NCBI GenBank assembly: GCA_051294905.1
Contig: CM119373.1
Coordinates: 32,612,001 to 32,676,000, forward strand
Source of the DNA: Botryllus schlosseri
Lineage: Eukaryota
DNA: 64,000 nt
Reading direction: 5' to 3'
The position numbers were made by a program, and so were the translations under genes. Shown piece by piece: positions 26,162 to 38,140 of the stretch. Each line of letters opens with the position of its first letter. Position 1 is the first letter of the stretch. Under the pieces are notes generated by a model. The model searched no databases, had not been told where the DNA came from, and saw only the letters and a list, made by a program, of their open reading frames with translations.

Positions 26162-27909
26162 ATGTGGATGAGTGTGCATCAAGTACAGATAATTGTGCCG
26201 AAAACACCGCAACATGTACCAATACCGTCGGGTCGTTCACATGCATCTGCAATGATGGATATTATGGGGATGGAATGACTTGTCAAGGTTTGTTTGAACT
26301 ACGTCCGACTGTTTTCCTAATTGATGTTTTTATATACTATTGAAGTGGTAAATGATGTTTATAGATGTGGATGAGTGTGCATCAAACACAGATAATTGTG
26401 CCGAAAACACCGCAACATGTACCAATACCGTCGGGTCGTTCACATGCATCTGCAATGATGGATATTATGGGGATGGAATGACTTGTCAAGGTTTGTATGA
26501 ACTACGTCCGACTGCTTTCTTAATGGATGTTTTTATATACTATTGAAGTGGTAAATGATGTTTATAGATGTGGATGAGTGTGCATCAAACACAGATAATT
26601 GTGCCGAAAATACCGCAACATGTACCGACACCGTCGGGTCGTTCACATGCATCTGCAATGATGGATATTCTGGGGATGGATTGACTTGTCAAGGTTTGAT
26701 TGAATTACATCCGACTTTTTTCTTTGCAGATGATGTTGCATGATATTGAATCCTCGAATAATATTTTCAGATGTAGATGAATGTACAGTAGATACAGATA
26801 ATTGTTCCGAAAACAATGCAACATGTACTAATACCGAAGGGTCATTCACCTGCAGCTGCAATGATGGATATTACGGGGATGGAATGAATTGTCAAGGTTT
26901 GAATGAATTACATCCGACTTTTTTCTTTGCAGATGATGTTGCATAATATTGAATCCTCGAATTATCTTTTCAGATGTAAATGAATGTACAGTAGATACAG
27001 ATAATTGTGCCGAAAACACCGCATCATGTACCAATACCATCGGGTCGTTCACATGCGGCTGTAATAATGGATATTCTGGGGATGGATCGACTTGTCAAGG
27101 TCTCCTTGACTTATATGTGACGTTTTACTTTGTAGATGATGTTGTATACCATTGAAGTCCTAATTTATCTTGATAGATGTAGATGAGTGTGCAGCAGATA
27201 CAGATAATTGTGCCGAAAACACCGCAACCTGTACCAATACCGCCGGGTCATTCACATGCATCTGCAATGATGGATATTCTGGGGATGGAATGACTTGTCA
27301 AGGTCGGATTGAATTACGTCCGATTTTTGACCTAATGGATGTTGATATTACTATTGACGTGTCAAATGATTTTTATAGATACGGATGAGTGTGCATCAAG
27401 TACAGATAATTGTGCTGCAAACACCGCAACATGTACTAACACCGTCGGGTCGTTCACATGCAGCTGCAATGATGGATATTCTGGAGATGGAATGACTTGT
27501 TCAGGTTGATTGAATTGCATCCGACTTTATTTTTTTTCTGATGATGTTGCATAATACTGAATCCATGAATTATCTCTTCAGATGTAGATGAATGTGCAGT
27601 AGATACAGATAATTGTGCCGAAAAGACAGCAACCTGTACCAATACCGTCGGGTCGTTCACATGCATTTGCAATGATGGATATTCTGGGGATGCAATGACT
27701 TGTCAAGGTTTAATTGAGTTACGTCTGATTTTTTTCCTAATGGATGATGATGTTACTATTGAAGTGTTAAATGATGTTTATAGATGTGGATGAGTGTGCA
27801 TCAAGTACAGATAATTGTGCTGAAAAAAACGCAACATGTACCAATAACGTCGGGTCGTTCACATGCATCTGCAATGATGGATATTCTGGGGATGGAATGA
27901 CTTGTCAAG
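26162..27909 (+). CDS. cbEGF array 1, exons 48-56
   Basis: Starts 26162,26365,26568,26771,26974,27177,27379,27582,27784; all 126 nt and open. Confidence 0.92.
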
Positions 27910-29244
27910 GTTTGAGTGAATTGCATCTTACTTTATTATAGTGCACAATTTCGCGCCCCTTATCATGATATTCACAAAATATTAAAAGTGCAACCAGAAT
28001 GCTAGCGATCCCAAAGGATAGTTTGATGGCATGGACGATTATGGCTGTTTATGAGAGAATTGTGAAATATCAAGTCGGACAATACACAGAGAAACAACTA
28101 TAAGCAGGGGCGACCCTTCTGATGATTTCACGTCACCCAGTTCGAGAACCACTGCACTGAAATGTATATGCAATAGTACAAAGATTATTTTATTGGTCGC
28201 TGCCTTCCAAGCAGTGTGCCGCAGCCTAAATAGCCTTTATGTTGAGCGAAGCTTTCAGCTTTTCTGAACTTCGCCCTCCCTTGACAAATATCAACGGGTC
28301 GGTAGTACGCATTACGTTCAGACCTCAAATAACTTGACAAGTATCGCACTGTTCACTGCCACCAATGCGACATTTTAGACCACGGAAAAGGTAACGTAAG
28401 CATTTAGGCGTGGGATCAACTCCAATTTTACAAGCCCACCGCAAACAAGCAATTAATCTCGCTGAACTGCTATCCGAAACACCATTTGACCACCAACACT
28501 GTAAAAAATATCCTCGGTAAATCCCGACATTAGGTTAGGTTCAAAATTATCCGACTTGTGACCCGGGAAACTACTTTCCGACCTCATTAAAGTAGGTAAA
28601 TCCCGAGTTTTCCATTACTCGGATTGGAAAAAACCGACCCTTATTGATAATTTTCATCGACCTTTCACCTATATTTTCATTGACCTTTCACCTCAGCCAA
28701 ATCCCAGCTGTGCTGACTGACTAGGATTGCAAGAAACCGAGCCTGACAAATAATTGTCATTGACCTTTCACCTTAAACACACAAAATCAGTAGTCAGTCT
28801 GCAGATTAAAAAGCAGTGTATATTAGCAGCAAATAAAGCATTGTTTCATAAAAGTATACAATCAGCAATATTGGAAACCTGCAGTGTCACAAATTAATAA
28901 TGATGCGTAATTATTTCAGGTAAACAAACAATATATGTTTGTTGTTCAAGTTGAAAATTTTATTATGTAATGAGCACGCTGTGATGGTGCCAACAATTGA
29001 ACATTGGTGCTTATAAGGTTTAGGCCAGTTGGTTGCCAATACGTTAAGCATTCCAAAAATATAATCAAAAGACCAAACTCTGGGCCACGCCCACGACCAT
29101 TACAAATATATTGCGAATTGATATCGACAAGGACTAGCATCGATTAATTAAAAAACCAATGCTAAGCGTCACAACACAAGATATTACTGCTGGCAGTCAT
29201 CAAAGAGGGCAAAAACAGGACCGCCACAAATCATAATATGACAA

Positions 29245-32200
29245 TTAATCGTTGAGTGTCATGTTTATCTTGTTGCGAACAGCATTAGTTGGTTTGACGT
29301 TTGGAAGCTTGGCGAGAAAAGTTGCGACAAAGTTCAAGGAGTTTGATGATGAAGGAGCAAACTTCACATTGAAAACCCAATAAATAGCCATCAGGCATGC
29401 TAGAGCATGGTGAAAACCAAATAAACCTTTCACAACTTCTCCATCGAAATGAATCGTCCACTTTTCCGTCTCAGAATTGAATGCGATGGTCGGATAGACA
29501 TTCTTCGGCTCCTACGAAATATAAATGTTACTATCCAGTATCCATGGAATAGTTTAAAAGAGTGTGAGGTTTATGGATCAGTGATTTATAATGTGGGCGG
29601 GTAGGCAGAAGCTGGAACATTATGTAAATTATATTTAATTAATTAATTATAACCCATTGGGAAATATCAAGCTTGATGCGGGGTTGTTCAGTGAAAATAA
29701 GTTGGAAAACAATAGGCGTAGATCAGGGGCGGGCCGCGGATCTGGCCCGCGAGGCGATTTTGTCCGGCCCGCGGACAGTTTCCCGTCTTAGTTGATAATG
29801 TGGCCCGCCCGCCGGTGTCGGGTCAATATCGAGAAAACCATTACCGGGAATGCGTGCCACAGGAGAGCTTACGCGTAAGTTCGTAGACGCGAGAAGACTT
29901 TCATTATCGGCATTTACGATGTACTCAACCAAAATGGATTGATATCTTGGTAAATTTGTGGTACCGGGGTTATCGAACGCCTTGAAATCTTAATTAAGGA
30001 TTGCAACATGTGTTGATCGATCAGACAGAAGCAGATATGGTGGCGCCTGTATGACAATGATGTTCTCAAATCCACATTGTCTTCCTCAACATCGGCGAGA
30101 AATGGCTTTGAAATGACATAGGTGTCGTTACAATACATTCATTACATGCGATTTATTCTTTGTATATGAGGATAAATGGGCTAATAATGTATTGATTCAG
30201 CTATCCGGCCCGCCAAGTACTTAATTTTCCTACATCCGGCCCGCTGACTGGAGAAGTTGCCCGCCCCTGGCGTAGATCAACACGAGCACATATCAATATT
30301 CTACAAGATACATCATGTGGTCATATCATATCGTCTCAAATTAAATTAAGTACGAACTGTGAAAACAATACTGACAGAGGCCATTTTAAATGTCCAAAAT
30401 TATGTAATGAATGGGTGGAAATGTTTAGCTGCATTTTGAGAGATACCGATGATCAACACACCTTGTCCACAATCAGGAAGTTGTCATACTTCTCTTTGAA
30501 GATCGTTGGGATGTACACCATCCAGTCCAGTTTTTGAGTACCTGAAAACGAAGTGCCAACTCAGATTAAGCACTTAAAGGACAGAAAATGATTCCCGAAA
30601 TAACAAATAACGTAGTCAGCGTAAGTTCGAACTTTTGCGGTTTATCAAGTAAAGGGGGTACGTTGACACATGCGTAGGGCACAATAATTCGAGTACTCGA
30701 ATAGGAATCCAGTATAAATTGTAATGAAAAACGATTGTTTCGAGTATTGTAATTATATGCTTACTATATAAGTTCGTGATTTCCAAAGGACTATCCGCCG
30801 CTACTATGTATCGTGATGCTGAGCTATAACTCTTCTCCAAAATCTTTGACGTCAGGTCGACAGAGTAAGTATCGTCGGAACAATCTTGTTTCTGACAAAT
30901 CATTTTCATTTCTTCCAAAATCTGAACAGTTGAAAATATTGACTTCATAGCATATGCCATGGATGGTCTTCAATTTGACTGAAAACAGGGGTGGCCAACA
31001 TTTTTGTAATTCACGGCCGCATCTCGCGTACTCATGTAGCCTGCGGCCGCATACCGGTGGTTAGTCGTGATAAACTAGCTGGGGCCAAATACCCACGTTA
31101 TCATGTCCATGTCCATTGCCGGTACACTCCGAACTAATCTATATGCACATATCGGCTTACTATGCGCACCAAATCGTTAGTAGTTATGTTGTAAAGAGCC
31201 ACAGAGAACCAATCTGTAGTCGCGCGAAGCGCGAAAAATTTTTCATGTTCACGAGTGAATTTCGTCAATAAATATTAGTATTCGTACCAGCAAATTCTGC
31301 ATCCATGGAATGATATTACCATGCCGAAGCCGTATCAACTAGTGAGTAATAGTGATAGTGGGCACATAGAATGGCTCACTTTGAAAAACAACAACATTCT
31401 GTTTCAACTGAAATCAATTTTAGCGTTTCAACATGATTTACTAAGCGTTTTTCTGAATTTTTTTCAAATCAGGTCGCGGGCCGCAAAATAGGACCTCGCG
31501 GGCCGCATGCGGCCCGCGGGCCGCGTGTTGGAGACCCCTGCTTTATACCTACCCAATGAGCATCTGCCAAAACTGGGTACGCACGCAACAGACTCGTTGT
31601 TGATGTCCCTTTGATAACTTCATGTCGACGATCTTTAAAGGTCCTTTTCATCCTATCCATGATTGTGTCTTTATCAGCATTTCGGCTTCTTTTCCACTCA
31701 GTCATAATTTCCTTTTGGTGCGCTTCGATGCTACGCTCATCTTCCGGCGGGTATACGGTTGGAATCTACAAGAAAAAATATATTTTCTAATCAGAGATGG
31801 TCAGAGGCATTTTTCATCGTCAAGTTTTGACGAGTTTATAATTGCGTAATTGCTATTACTGCGCAAATATAGTCGATAGACTCTCGCATAGGCCGAGAGT
31901 AGGTTTGGGCGAAGGTACAGACCAATTTCTTCAATATTCTGCGGAGGCGGGTCGCGGGGTATTTTCCAATAAAAGTTTGAGATTGAGAATATAAAAAGTT
32001 TGGGAACCCATGCGTTGAAAAATTCGCGTGACGCTGTTCGTTATAGACCAGTGATTCCCAACCGCGGCCCCCAGCTACCCGTGTTTCGGCCCCCACAAAA
32101 ATATTGAGGAATCGATTTATTAAAAAAAAATTATATTTATAAAATACTCTTGCTTGGCTTGGAGTCTGGAGTTTTCTATTAGGATTGTAGGCAAGTTTTG

Positions 32201-34228
32201 AGTAGACTGCTAAGATTGCCCCAACTTTCCAGATGAACGGGCTGTACCTATAGATATAGGTATAGATATAGGTATTGACAGGACCGTTTCAAAATATGCT
32301 ATTCTCTTGTGCTCAATATCAATATCCTCAATATTCCCCCTCTCACCCGTTATACAGGTAACCAACGTTAATGAACAATGAAGGATTTGAAAATTCTTAC
32401 AATGCATGATGACATTCGAGGTTTGGTGCACCTTTCACTCGATGTTTCCACAACAAGGTCGTCGGTATGTTTCCGTTTACCCTGACGGTGTTTTCCGTGT
32501 TTTTGCTTTTTTTCCGTAACGAGAGGATCTTTACGGCCCCTACGGTACTCCTGGAACTGGGTTATGAGCTGTTTTTTCCAAGAATGCTGCAACGTAAGAT
32601 ATTTGAAGAAATGTTTGGAATGTTCAAACACAAGCAGCTCACGAAATTTTCACATCCATCGAATTTCAAACGATCTTGCATCCAAGGATATTTCGTTATC
32701 AAAGCAGCTACTGGCGCATCGTATTGTTGTCTTGTGGGATATAGACTAGGAATAATGACTGTTTTAGGCCACTGCAATTATCGTCATATACAAGAAAGGT
32801 TTATTATTTATATTGTAGGTCACCTAGTGTATTGCAGCAGGTCCCAAAACAGGTGATGAACAATTTTCAGTCTCAATTTTTGTGGAAGTACTTTTGTCTT
32901 TTCATACTGCTTCACTTCCTTTTCTATGGCTTTTGGTAAAGAAATCCTATATTCGTTGGGCCATGGCAATGGTTTGTTGTTTTCGTCACAATCTGCTGAA
33001 CTGGTAGATGCCTTGGAGCTCGACAAGGTACTGTTTGATATACTTTCATCTGAAGAGAAGGATAAGGAATGAGGAAAATATTAATAATTCACCGTAAGTC
33101 AATACCTTCAGGTTCAAAATCTTCAACAGGCAGGTTAGGAAATGAAGAATCACAGCAGTATCCAACATTGTCAATGCTTGACGTTTCACTATGCATTACG
33201 TCTTCGTTAGATTGCCCTCCTGAAGCCATCGTGCTGGTGCAATCGGAGCCGAGTATATCCAAGTCACTTTGTTCAACAACAGAGTTGTTGGTTTTCGGAT
33301 AGGTTCCCTCTGCACCAATAAAAATAGACTCGATGAGGGGTGAATCTATTTCGCCAAGGCACATCTGATCAGACTTGGAGAACTACGGTAGATAATTATA
33401 GTTGCGTAATTTCAAAAAATTATTGCGAAATGACAGTATTCTAATTCTAATCTAATTTATTGCAAGAAAAATATGAGTATAGGTAAATACCGTAAACCGG
33501 GGTAACTTTGGACTTAAGGGTAACTTTGGACACTAAGCAGTAAAAGATTTAAATGGTTATTGATGAAAAAGGGTTGCCGCTGGATGTCCAATTCTTTTTC
33601 ATGAGGCAGCAGTACTGCAAGTAGTCTTTATAAAAGGTGGATTCATTTCACTACCAGATAAACTTGACCCAACATCGATAAATTAATGGAGGGGGTCAAT
33701 TTCGCCAAAATTGATGGCCAATAAACTTCTTACAGCCAAACATAGATAGCATGTGATTCATAGATTCAAAACTTTGGACACAGATAATTTACAAAAATAA
33801 GGTACTTATTTATGATCATGAAGGTTTTGGATTAGTTAATTCTAATCTTTGCTCCATGACTCCAAAAAAACACAAAACTTGCCTCCCCTACACCCTAGCA
33901 TTTCCAAGATACAAAGCGGAATTGTTGAAAATTGTCCAATGTTACCCCGGTTTACGGTATTCATCTCTCTCATGAATGAGCCTACTGATCCTACATTTCA
34001 CTTACTGCCACTGGTGCTCAAAATCAGCCGCAACATTAGTCCATCTACAATTTCCGACATGTCATGAAGATCGACGTACGAATCAAATGTCTTGTCGTAA
34101 TATTCCATTTTGAATTGATTGTCACCAATTTCATCATGAAATACATTTCTCACAACATCAGGAACCTCAGATTGGTGATCAACTCTGATCACTCTTTTAC
34201 TGTCACCATAACTAACCAGCAGTTTCAT
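29245..34228 (-). CDS. Nine-exon transposon partner gene, 552 aa, resembling proteins commonly annotated SAMD3-like, with a PB1/ubiquitin-like N-terminus
   Basis: Exons 34228-34006, 33309-33106, 33049-32824, 32745-32643, 32586-32401, 31765-31553, 30921-30765, 30541-30462, 29511-29245. All introns are GT-AG, phases are concordant, total 1659 nt with no internal stop. Motifs include LYPTRQQYDAPVAALITKYP, SWKKQLITQFQEYRR, MKRTFKDRR...YPVL, PTIFKEK and HALACLMAIYWVFNVKF. The family label is from recognition, not a search. Confidence 0.82.
29724..30269 (-). mobile_element. hAT MITE with a transposase C-terminal remnant, in intron 8 of the partner gene
   Basis: Ends caggggcgggc / gcccgcccctg; perfect TSD gcgtagat. 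The minus-strand peptide LIDQHMLQSLIKISRRSITP resembles the hAT dimerisation tail. Confidence 0.9.
30986..31540. mobile_element. hAT MITE in intron 6 of the partner gene
   Basis: Ends caggggtggccaac / gttggagacccctg with ggccgc subterminal motifs; no TSD recovered. Confidence 0.7.
33490..33957. mobile_element. Tc1/mariner (pogo-like) MITE in intron 1 of the partner gene
   Basis: Perfect TIR ccgtaaaccggggtaac / gttaccccggtttacgg, flanked by TA on both sides. Confidence 0.9.
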
Positions 34229-34372
34229 ATTCAACTGTACAACAATCACAGCGCTAGTGTTTTGTGTATCTGTAAAATACAATGGTCATAATCAAAATAA
34301 TGAAAATTGCAAAAAAGTTGTGAAAGCAATATTTTTCGATCAACATACTGCACTGTATAAGCTCAATTATCT

Positions 34373-36712
34373 TTAGGGTTCAAACTTGAAACATATTTGT
34401 TGATGCAGCCTAATGTACTGTGATTTGCCAATGAAGTATGCATCATGGGGCCTTTGGTAAAATAATTCCCCGGGCTGAAATACGTAAACAGTACCAGTTT
34501 CCTCCACAGCATAGCAGTGTAAATGTCGTACAAATCTCGACTTCAGCAATTCACCACACATGTGCCACTGTTCATTGAAATAAAGAATATATTGTACACG
34601 ACAAAATATTGGTCCATCATCATCCTCATTTACAACATAAATCCCCTGCCTACCATATGTTTCATATCCATTGTCATAGAATTTCGAAGAACATACTTGT
34701 CCTTCCATATCTTGTATTCCAAGAAATGCAACATAGTGGCTTGGTATATCTTTCCATGATATGTTTACGAGCTCGATATTCATTGGATCATCATGCAAAC
34801 AATTGAGTGAAGACATTTCCCAACATTTTCTGTACTGAAGTCGAGTGGCTACAGTATGAGTTATGTTTTTGAAGTTTCCAGAAATTCTACAAATTTTTTT
34901 TACGATCTGATGGTAAGATTCGAATCTAAGAGAGGACAAATGAGAGATCGGGCCGCAGATTTTCGTTGCGGTCGCATAGTGTAATAAGTAGTGGAATTTC
35001 GGCTTAATTATTTCTGGTGCCAGCTTCAACACCGCGCTATAAAAATCAACAACCAGCACATCTAGTGAATGAATCATCTGAACCGTAACACGTTTAGCAA
35101 ATACAATGTCACATATATCTGATAACAGCAAATACAATTCCCATACATCATTTTGTTCATCGATTTTTGTACCGACCATGAAACTCAGATGATTGAAGAA
35201 ACACCAGCTCTGCGTTGCAGTCAATGTCGAAACTTTACCTTTGTAGCGAGGCTTATTACGGCTTTCATACTTGCCATAGGGGAATTGTTGCACAAGTTCA
35301 ATAAAATCTGACTTTGTCATGTCACAATCTTGAATGATCAACTTGTTTATGACAAGTTCCAGGATTAAAACGAGACAGCCCTCCATGATATCATGCATAA
35401 CGTCGAAAACATTACAATGAATCACATCAAACGCTAAAAGATCAGAAAATGGATTACTCATTCTCACTCCATATGCTCTCTCGAGTGATGAGTGCCTTGC
35501 TACATCACGGACATGCAGCTCATGGTTGGATGGACACCTCAATTCAAACATTGTTTCAGAAAATTTCACAGTTAAATCTGAATAATGGCACATACAGAAT
35601 CTACAAATACGACCGCTACTGAATGAACGACGAAACCCAGATATGTCATGACTTGCTAAATTATCACCCGTGACTGTTGCTATGCTACCTTTGAAATGCC
35701 TTGTCATGCCATTCCAAAGAGTTACATCCATTCCAGATGTTTCCAGGGATTTTAAATCTTGAATTAACGGCTTGACTATCGCATGATATCCCATTTTTTT
35801 CACTGTGCAAGTTTTTACAATCAAGACCGGATGAATATTCCTCAAGTTCGACAAAAACTTCACTTCCACATTTCCAAGCGTAAAATAAAAGCAAGTAAGC
35901 TTGTGTATACTTCTCGAACTCCCCAATGGGTTACAAATTTCGACATCATCTAAATATAAATGGATGCGCAGCAAACTCTGATCACCTTTAAAAAAGTGAT
36001 TATTTTTAAACAAATCCCCATCGCAGAAGTTGCACAGAAACCCATGAGCAGAAGAACAAGACATATTCGCATCTACACTTTCAATTACATCCTTGTGTTC
36101 CAAGTATCTTTTCAGAGTACTTAATATGGGAATATATTGATATGATTGGTCCTCATCCCCTTCACAAAGCACTTTAACGGGCTCAACAAGACCTATGCTT
36201 GTTAAACATTTCTTAAATTGATAGTCACTCTGTGTTTGATCCATCATTTGCCTCAGATCTGGCAAATTATCAACATTGTTGGTAGCACAAGCATTTTTAA
36301 ATGCTTCTAAAAGCTCAACTACGCCGAATAAGATGTCACGGGATACCGAAATTGGCAACAGATGTTTTTCGCGACATTGCAAAGCAAACCGCAAAAATAC
36401 ATCATGAATGTTTGGTAAACTGTCATTAACTTTCCCAGTCTCTTGCTGTGACTGATCCGACTGTTCTAGGGTGGAAACGCGCAGATCTGCTTCAAAATCT
36501 GAGTTTAACACTGTTCGTTTCACATGCTCGCGGTTAAGATGCATCCTGAAGCTATGATAAGTCGAAAACGGTGGAATTTTACCATTGCACGGCTCCATCT
36601 TGCAGTTGAAAGTGTTGCAGAAACGATGAATTCTGCGCACATGTTTCAGCAAGGCTTTTCGCGATGAAAACTGATTAGAAATACAACCTGATGCCGGACA
36701 AACCCAATTCAT
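34373..36712 (-). CDS. EnSpm/CMC-type DDE transposase, 779 aa, single open exon with two N-terminal C2H2-like fingers
   Basis: First ATG (MNWVCPASG) at 36712. Motifs are LYLDD (D1), GDNLASH (D2), CRFC (C-x2-C), DVMHDIMEG, KFHYLLH (H-x3-H) and RFES (E). No stop or frameshift. Confidence 0.92.
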   Translation of the reverse strand: MNWVCPASGCISNQFSSRKALLKHVRRIHRFCNTFNCKMEPCNGKIPPFSTYHSFRMHLNREHVKRTVLNSDFEADLRVSTLEQSDQSQQETGKVNDSLPNIHDVFLRFALQCREKHLLPISVSRDILFGVVELLEAFKNACATNNVDNLPDLRQMMDQTQSDYQFKKCLTSIGLVEPVKVLCEGDEDQSYQYIPILSTLKRYLEHKDVIESVDANMSCSSAHGFLCNFCDGDLFKNNHFFKGDQSLLRIHLYLDDVEICNPLGSSRSIHKLTCFYFTLGNVEVKFLSNLRNIHPVLIVKTCTVKKMGYHAIVKPLIQDLKSLETSGMDVTLWNGMTRHFKGSIATVTGDNLASHDISGFRRSFSSGRICRFCMCHYSDLTVKFSETMFELRCPSNHELHVRDVARHSSLERAYGVRMSNPFSDLLAFDVIHCNVFDVMHDIMEGCLVLILELVINKLIIQDCDMTKSDFIELVQQFPYGKYESRNKPRYKGKVSTLTATQSWCFFNHLSFMVGTKIDEQNDVWELYLLLSDICDIVFAKRVTVQMIHSLDVLVVDFYSAVLKLAPEIIKPKFHYLLHYATATKICGPISHLSSLRFESYHQIVKKICRISGNFKNITHTVATRLQYRKCWEMSSLNCLHDDPMNIELVNISWKDIPSHYVAFLGIQDMEGQVCSSKFYDNGYETYGRQGIYVVNEDDDGPIFCRVQYILYFNEQWHMCGELLKSRFVRHLHCYAVEETGTVYVFQPGELFYQRPHDAYFIGKSQYIRLHQQICFKFEP

Positions 36713-36810
36713 GGCCGTCTGTCGGCGTGAAACTTCACCGCGTTCGTTAACTCTGCTGTGTTCTGGCGAAATGCGTGGTACGCACGCGCATCCACTCGCG
36801 CGGCAAATAA

Positions 36811-37710
36811 TTGACCTCAAAAGACCTCTCTCTAGCAAATAGTTGGGGAAACTTTGATGATGTAATCTCAACTCCCGATTTTACAATGGAATTTTCCACT
36901 GACAAAAATGTTTTGACAAAGACCATACTCACATGTAATCACTTTCAGTGCATGCTGGAGTGCTGTTTTGACAAAGACTATATACTCACATGCGTGTACA
37001 GTACGTCTTGTGAACATAACATGCCTGAAACGGTGGATTTTTGCACAGAAATATTGCAGCTTCGCAATGATTTCCACGTTATTTGGGAATCTCAAGAAAG
37101 GATATTACGCAGTAATCAAGAAGTAATGAAGTATTTGAAGACAGTTGCTGATGACGTGAAAAAGCAGACTAGACGGACGGAAACGATTTATAAAATTTTC
37201 AAGAAACAATACGGCATCTTGGAGGACATACCCAGTATTATCATGGCAGATGAAGACAGCTATAAAAAAATCCTTCGCCGACCAAATGAACAGAGATTTT
37301 TGATCTCGGATGAGCTATACCACTTATTGCACTCCACGTGTGGCCTACGCAAACGAATTCTCAAAGATATTGTGATCATAGTGTTAATTGCCACATATAT
37401 GGATGTTCGAAATATACGAGTCTGCGGGACGAATCTTCAACTAGACGGCGACGCCATGTCAGAAATTTTGGGTGTTAGTTCCTTCAAACCAACGATCCGG
37501 CAAATGTGGAAGCTCCTGTATTATCGACATTGCGTCCCAGTGAGCGAAGTACAAGCAACAGAATTTAAAAGATCCCATCAGATCACATGGTCACAGCAAT
37601 TCGAACTTCAGAAGTCGAAATCGGAAGCTGTCATCCCAGAAACCGACGCCCTCTGGCAGATTGTAGGGGGAGCTGACCTTGACGAAGCCAGCAGCGGACA
37701 ACAGGCTTGA
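36811..37710 (+). CDS. Divergent ORF of unknown function inside the CACTG element (likely start ATG 36884 or 37021)
   Basis: 299-codon open frame in AT-rich DNA, between the transposase 5' end and the right TIR. It has a heptad-like segment (ILQLRNDF...ILRSNQEVMKYLKTVADDVKK). I recognise no domain. Confidence 0.6.
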   Translation: MTSKDLSLANSWGNFDDVISTPDFTMEFSTDKNVLTKTILTCNHFQCMLECCFDKDYILTCVYSTSCEHNMPETVDFCTEILQLRNDFHVIWESQERILRSNQEVMKYLKTVADDVKKQTRRTETIYKIFKKQYGILEDIPSIIMADEDSYKKILRRPNEQRFLISDELYHLLHSTCGLRKRILKDIVIIVLIATYMDVRNIRVCGTNLQLDGDAMSEILGVSSFKPTIRQMWKLLYYRHCVPVSEVQATEFKRSHQITWSQQFELQKSKSEAVIPETDALWQIVGGADLDEASSGQQA

Positions 37711-38140
37711 TTTGATCAGTGACAAATGACGAAAAATTCGACGGTTGATAATTGCCTGATATGATAGGTTGGAGAAGTAATAAAATCACAAGATTCATTG
37801 GTTGTCTTATATATGTGTAATGCTTTTCTGTAAGCCAGTGTGAGTAATAGCCAGGCGCGTAGCCAGCCGAAAAACAAGGGGGGGTTGAAATAAAAGGGGG
37901 TGCTGGTTTCGATTTTTTCCGAATTTAGTAACGTAGCATTGACTCATTAGGGTTAAGTACATGCGATGCGTAAACAACGATTATACAACATCCCCGTATT
38001 GGCGATTATAGACGTATGATAAGCTTGTCGACGAGTCCGAAAGTGCTGTTAATTAGCGATCCCTGATCTGTCGTGAACAATGAAATACGCACGCGTCGAA
38101 CATTTGAATACGCGCGCTTATCAACGCGCTGAGCAATTAA

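Noticed and set aside
14077-27388. Dozens of 60-80 aa ORFs starting MMFID or [11 protein letters not shown] and ending GLIELRP... or DDVA
   Set aside because: The ORF finder read through intron ends; only the 42-aa core between AG and GT is exon.
12117-27909. Regular ~203 bp repeat/spacer periodicity suggesting a CRISPR-like array
   Set aside because: The repeats are 126 nt coding exons, the spacers are mutually homologous GT-AG introns, there are no cas genes, and the context is eukaryotic.
29914-30138. ORF as an exon of the transposon partner gene
   Set aside because: It lies inside a TSD-bounded hAT MITE and resembles a hAT transposase tail; the partner gene splices in phase without it.
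36713-36871. First 53 codons of the 832-aa ORF
   Set aside because: They start at a non-ATG codon, overlap the divergent ORF region and precede the first ATG at 36712.
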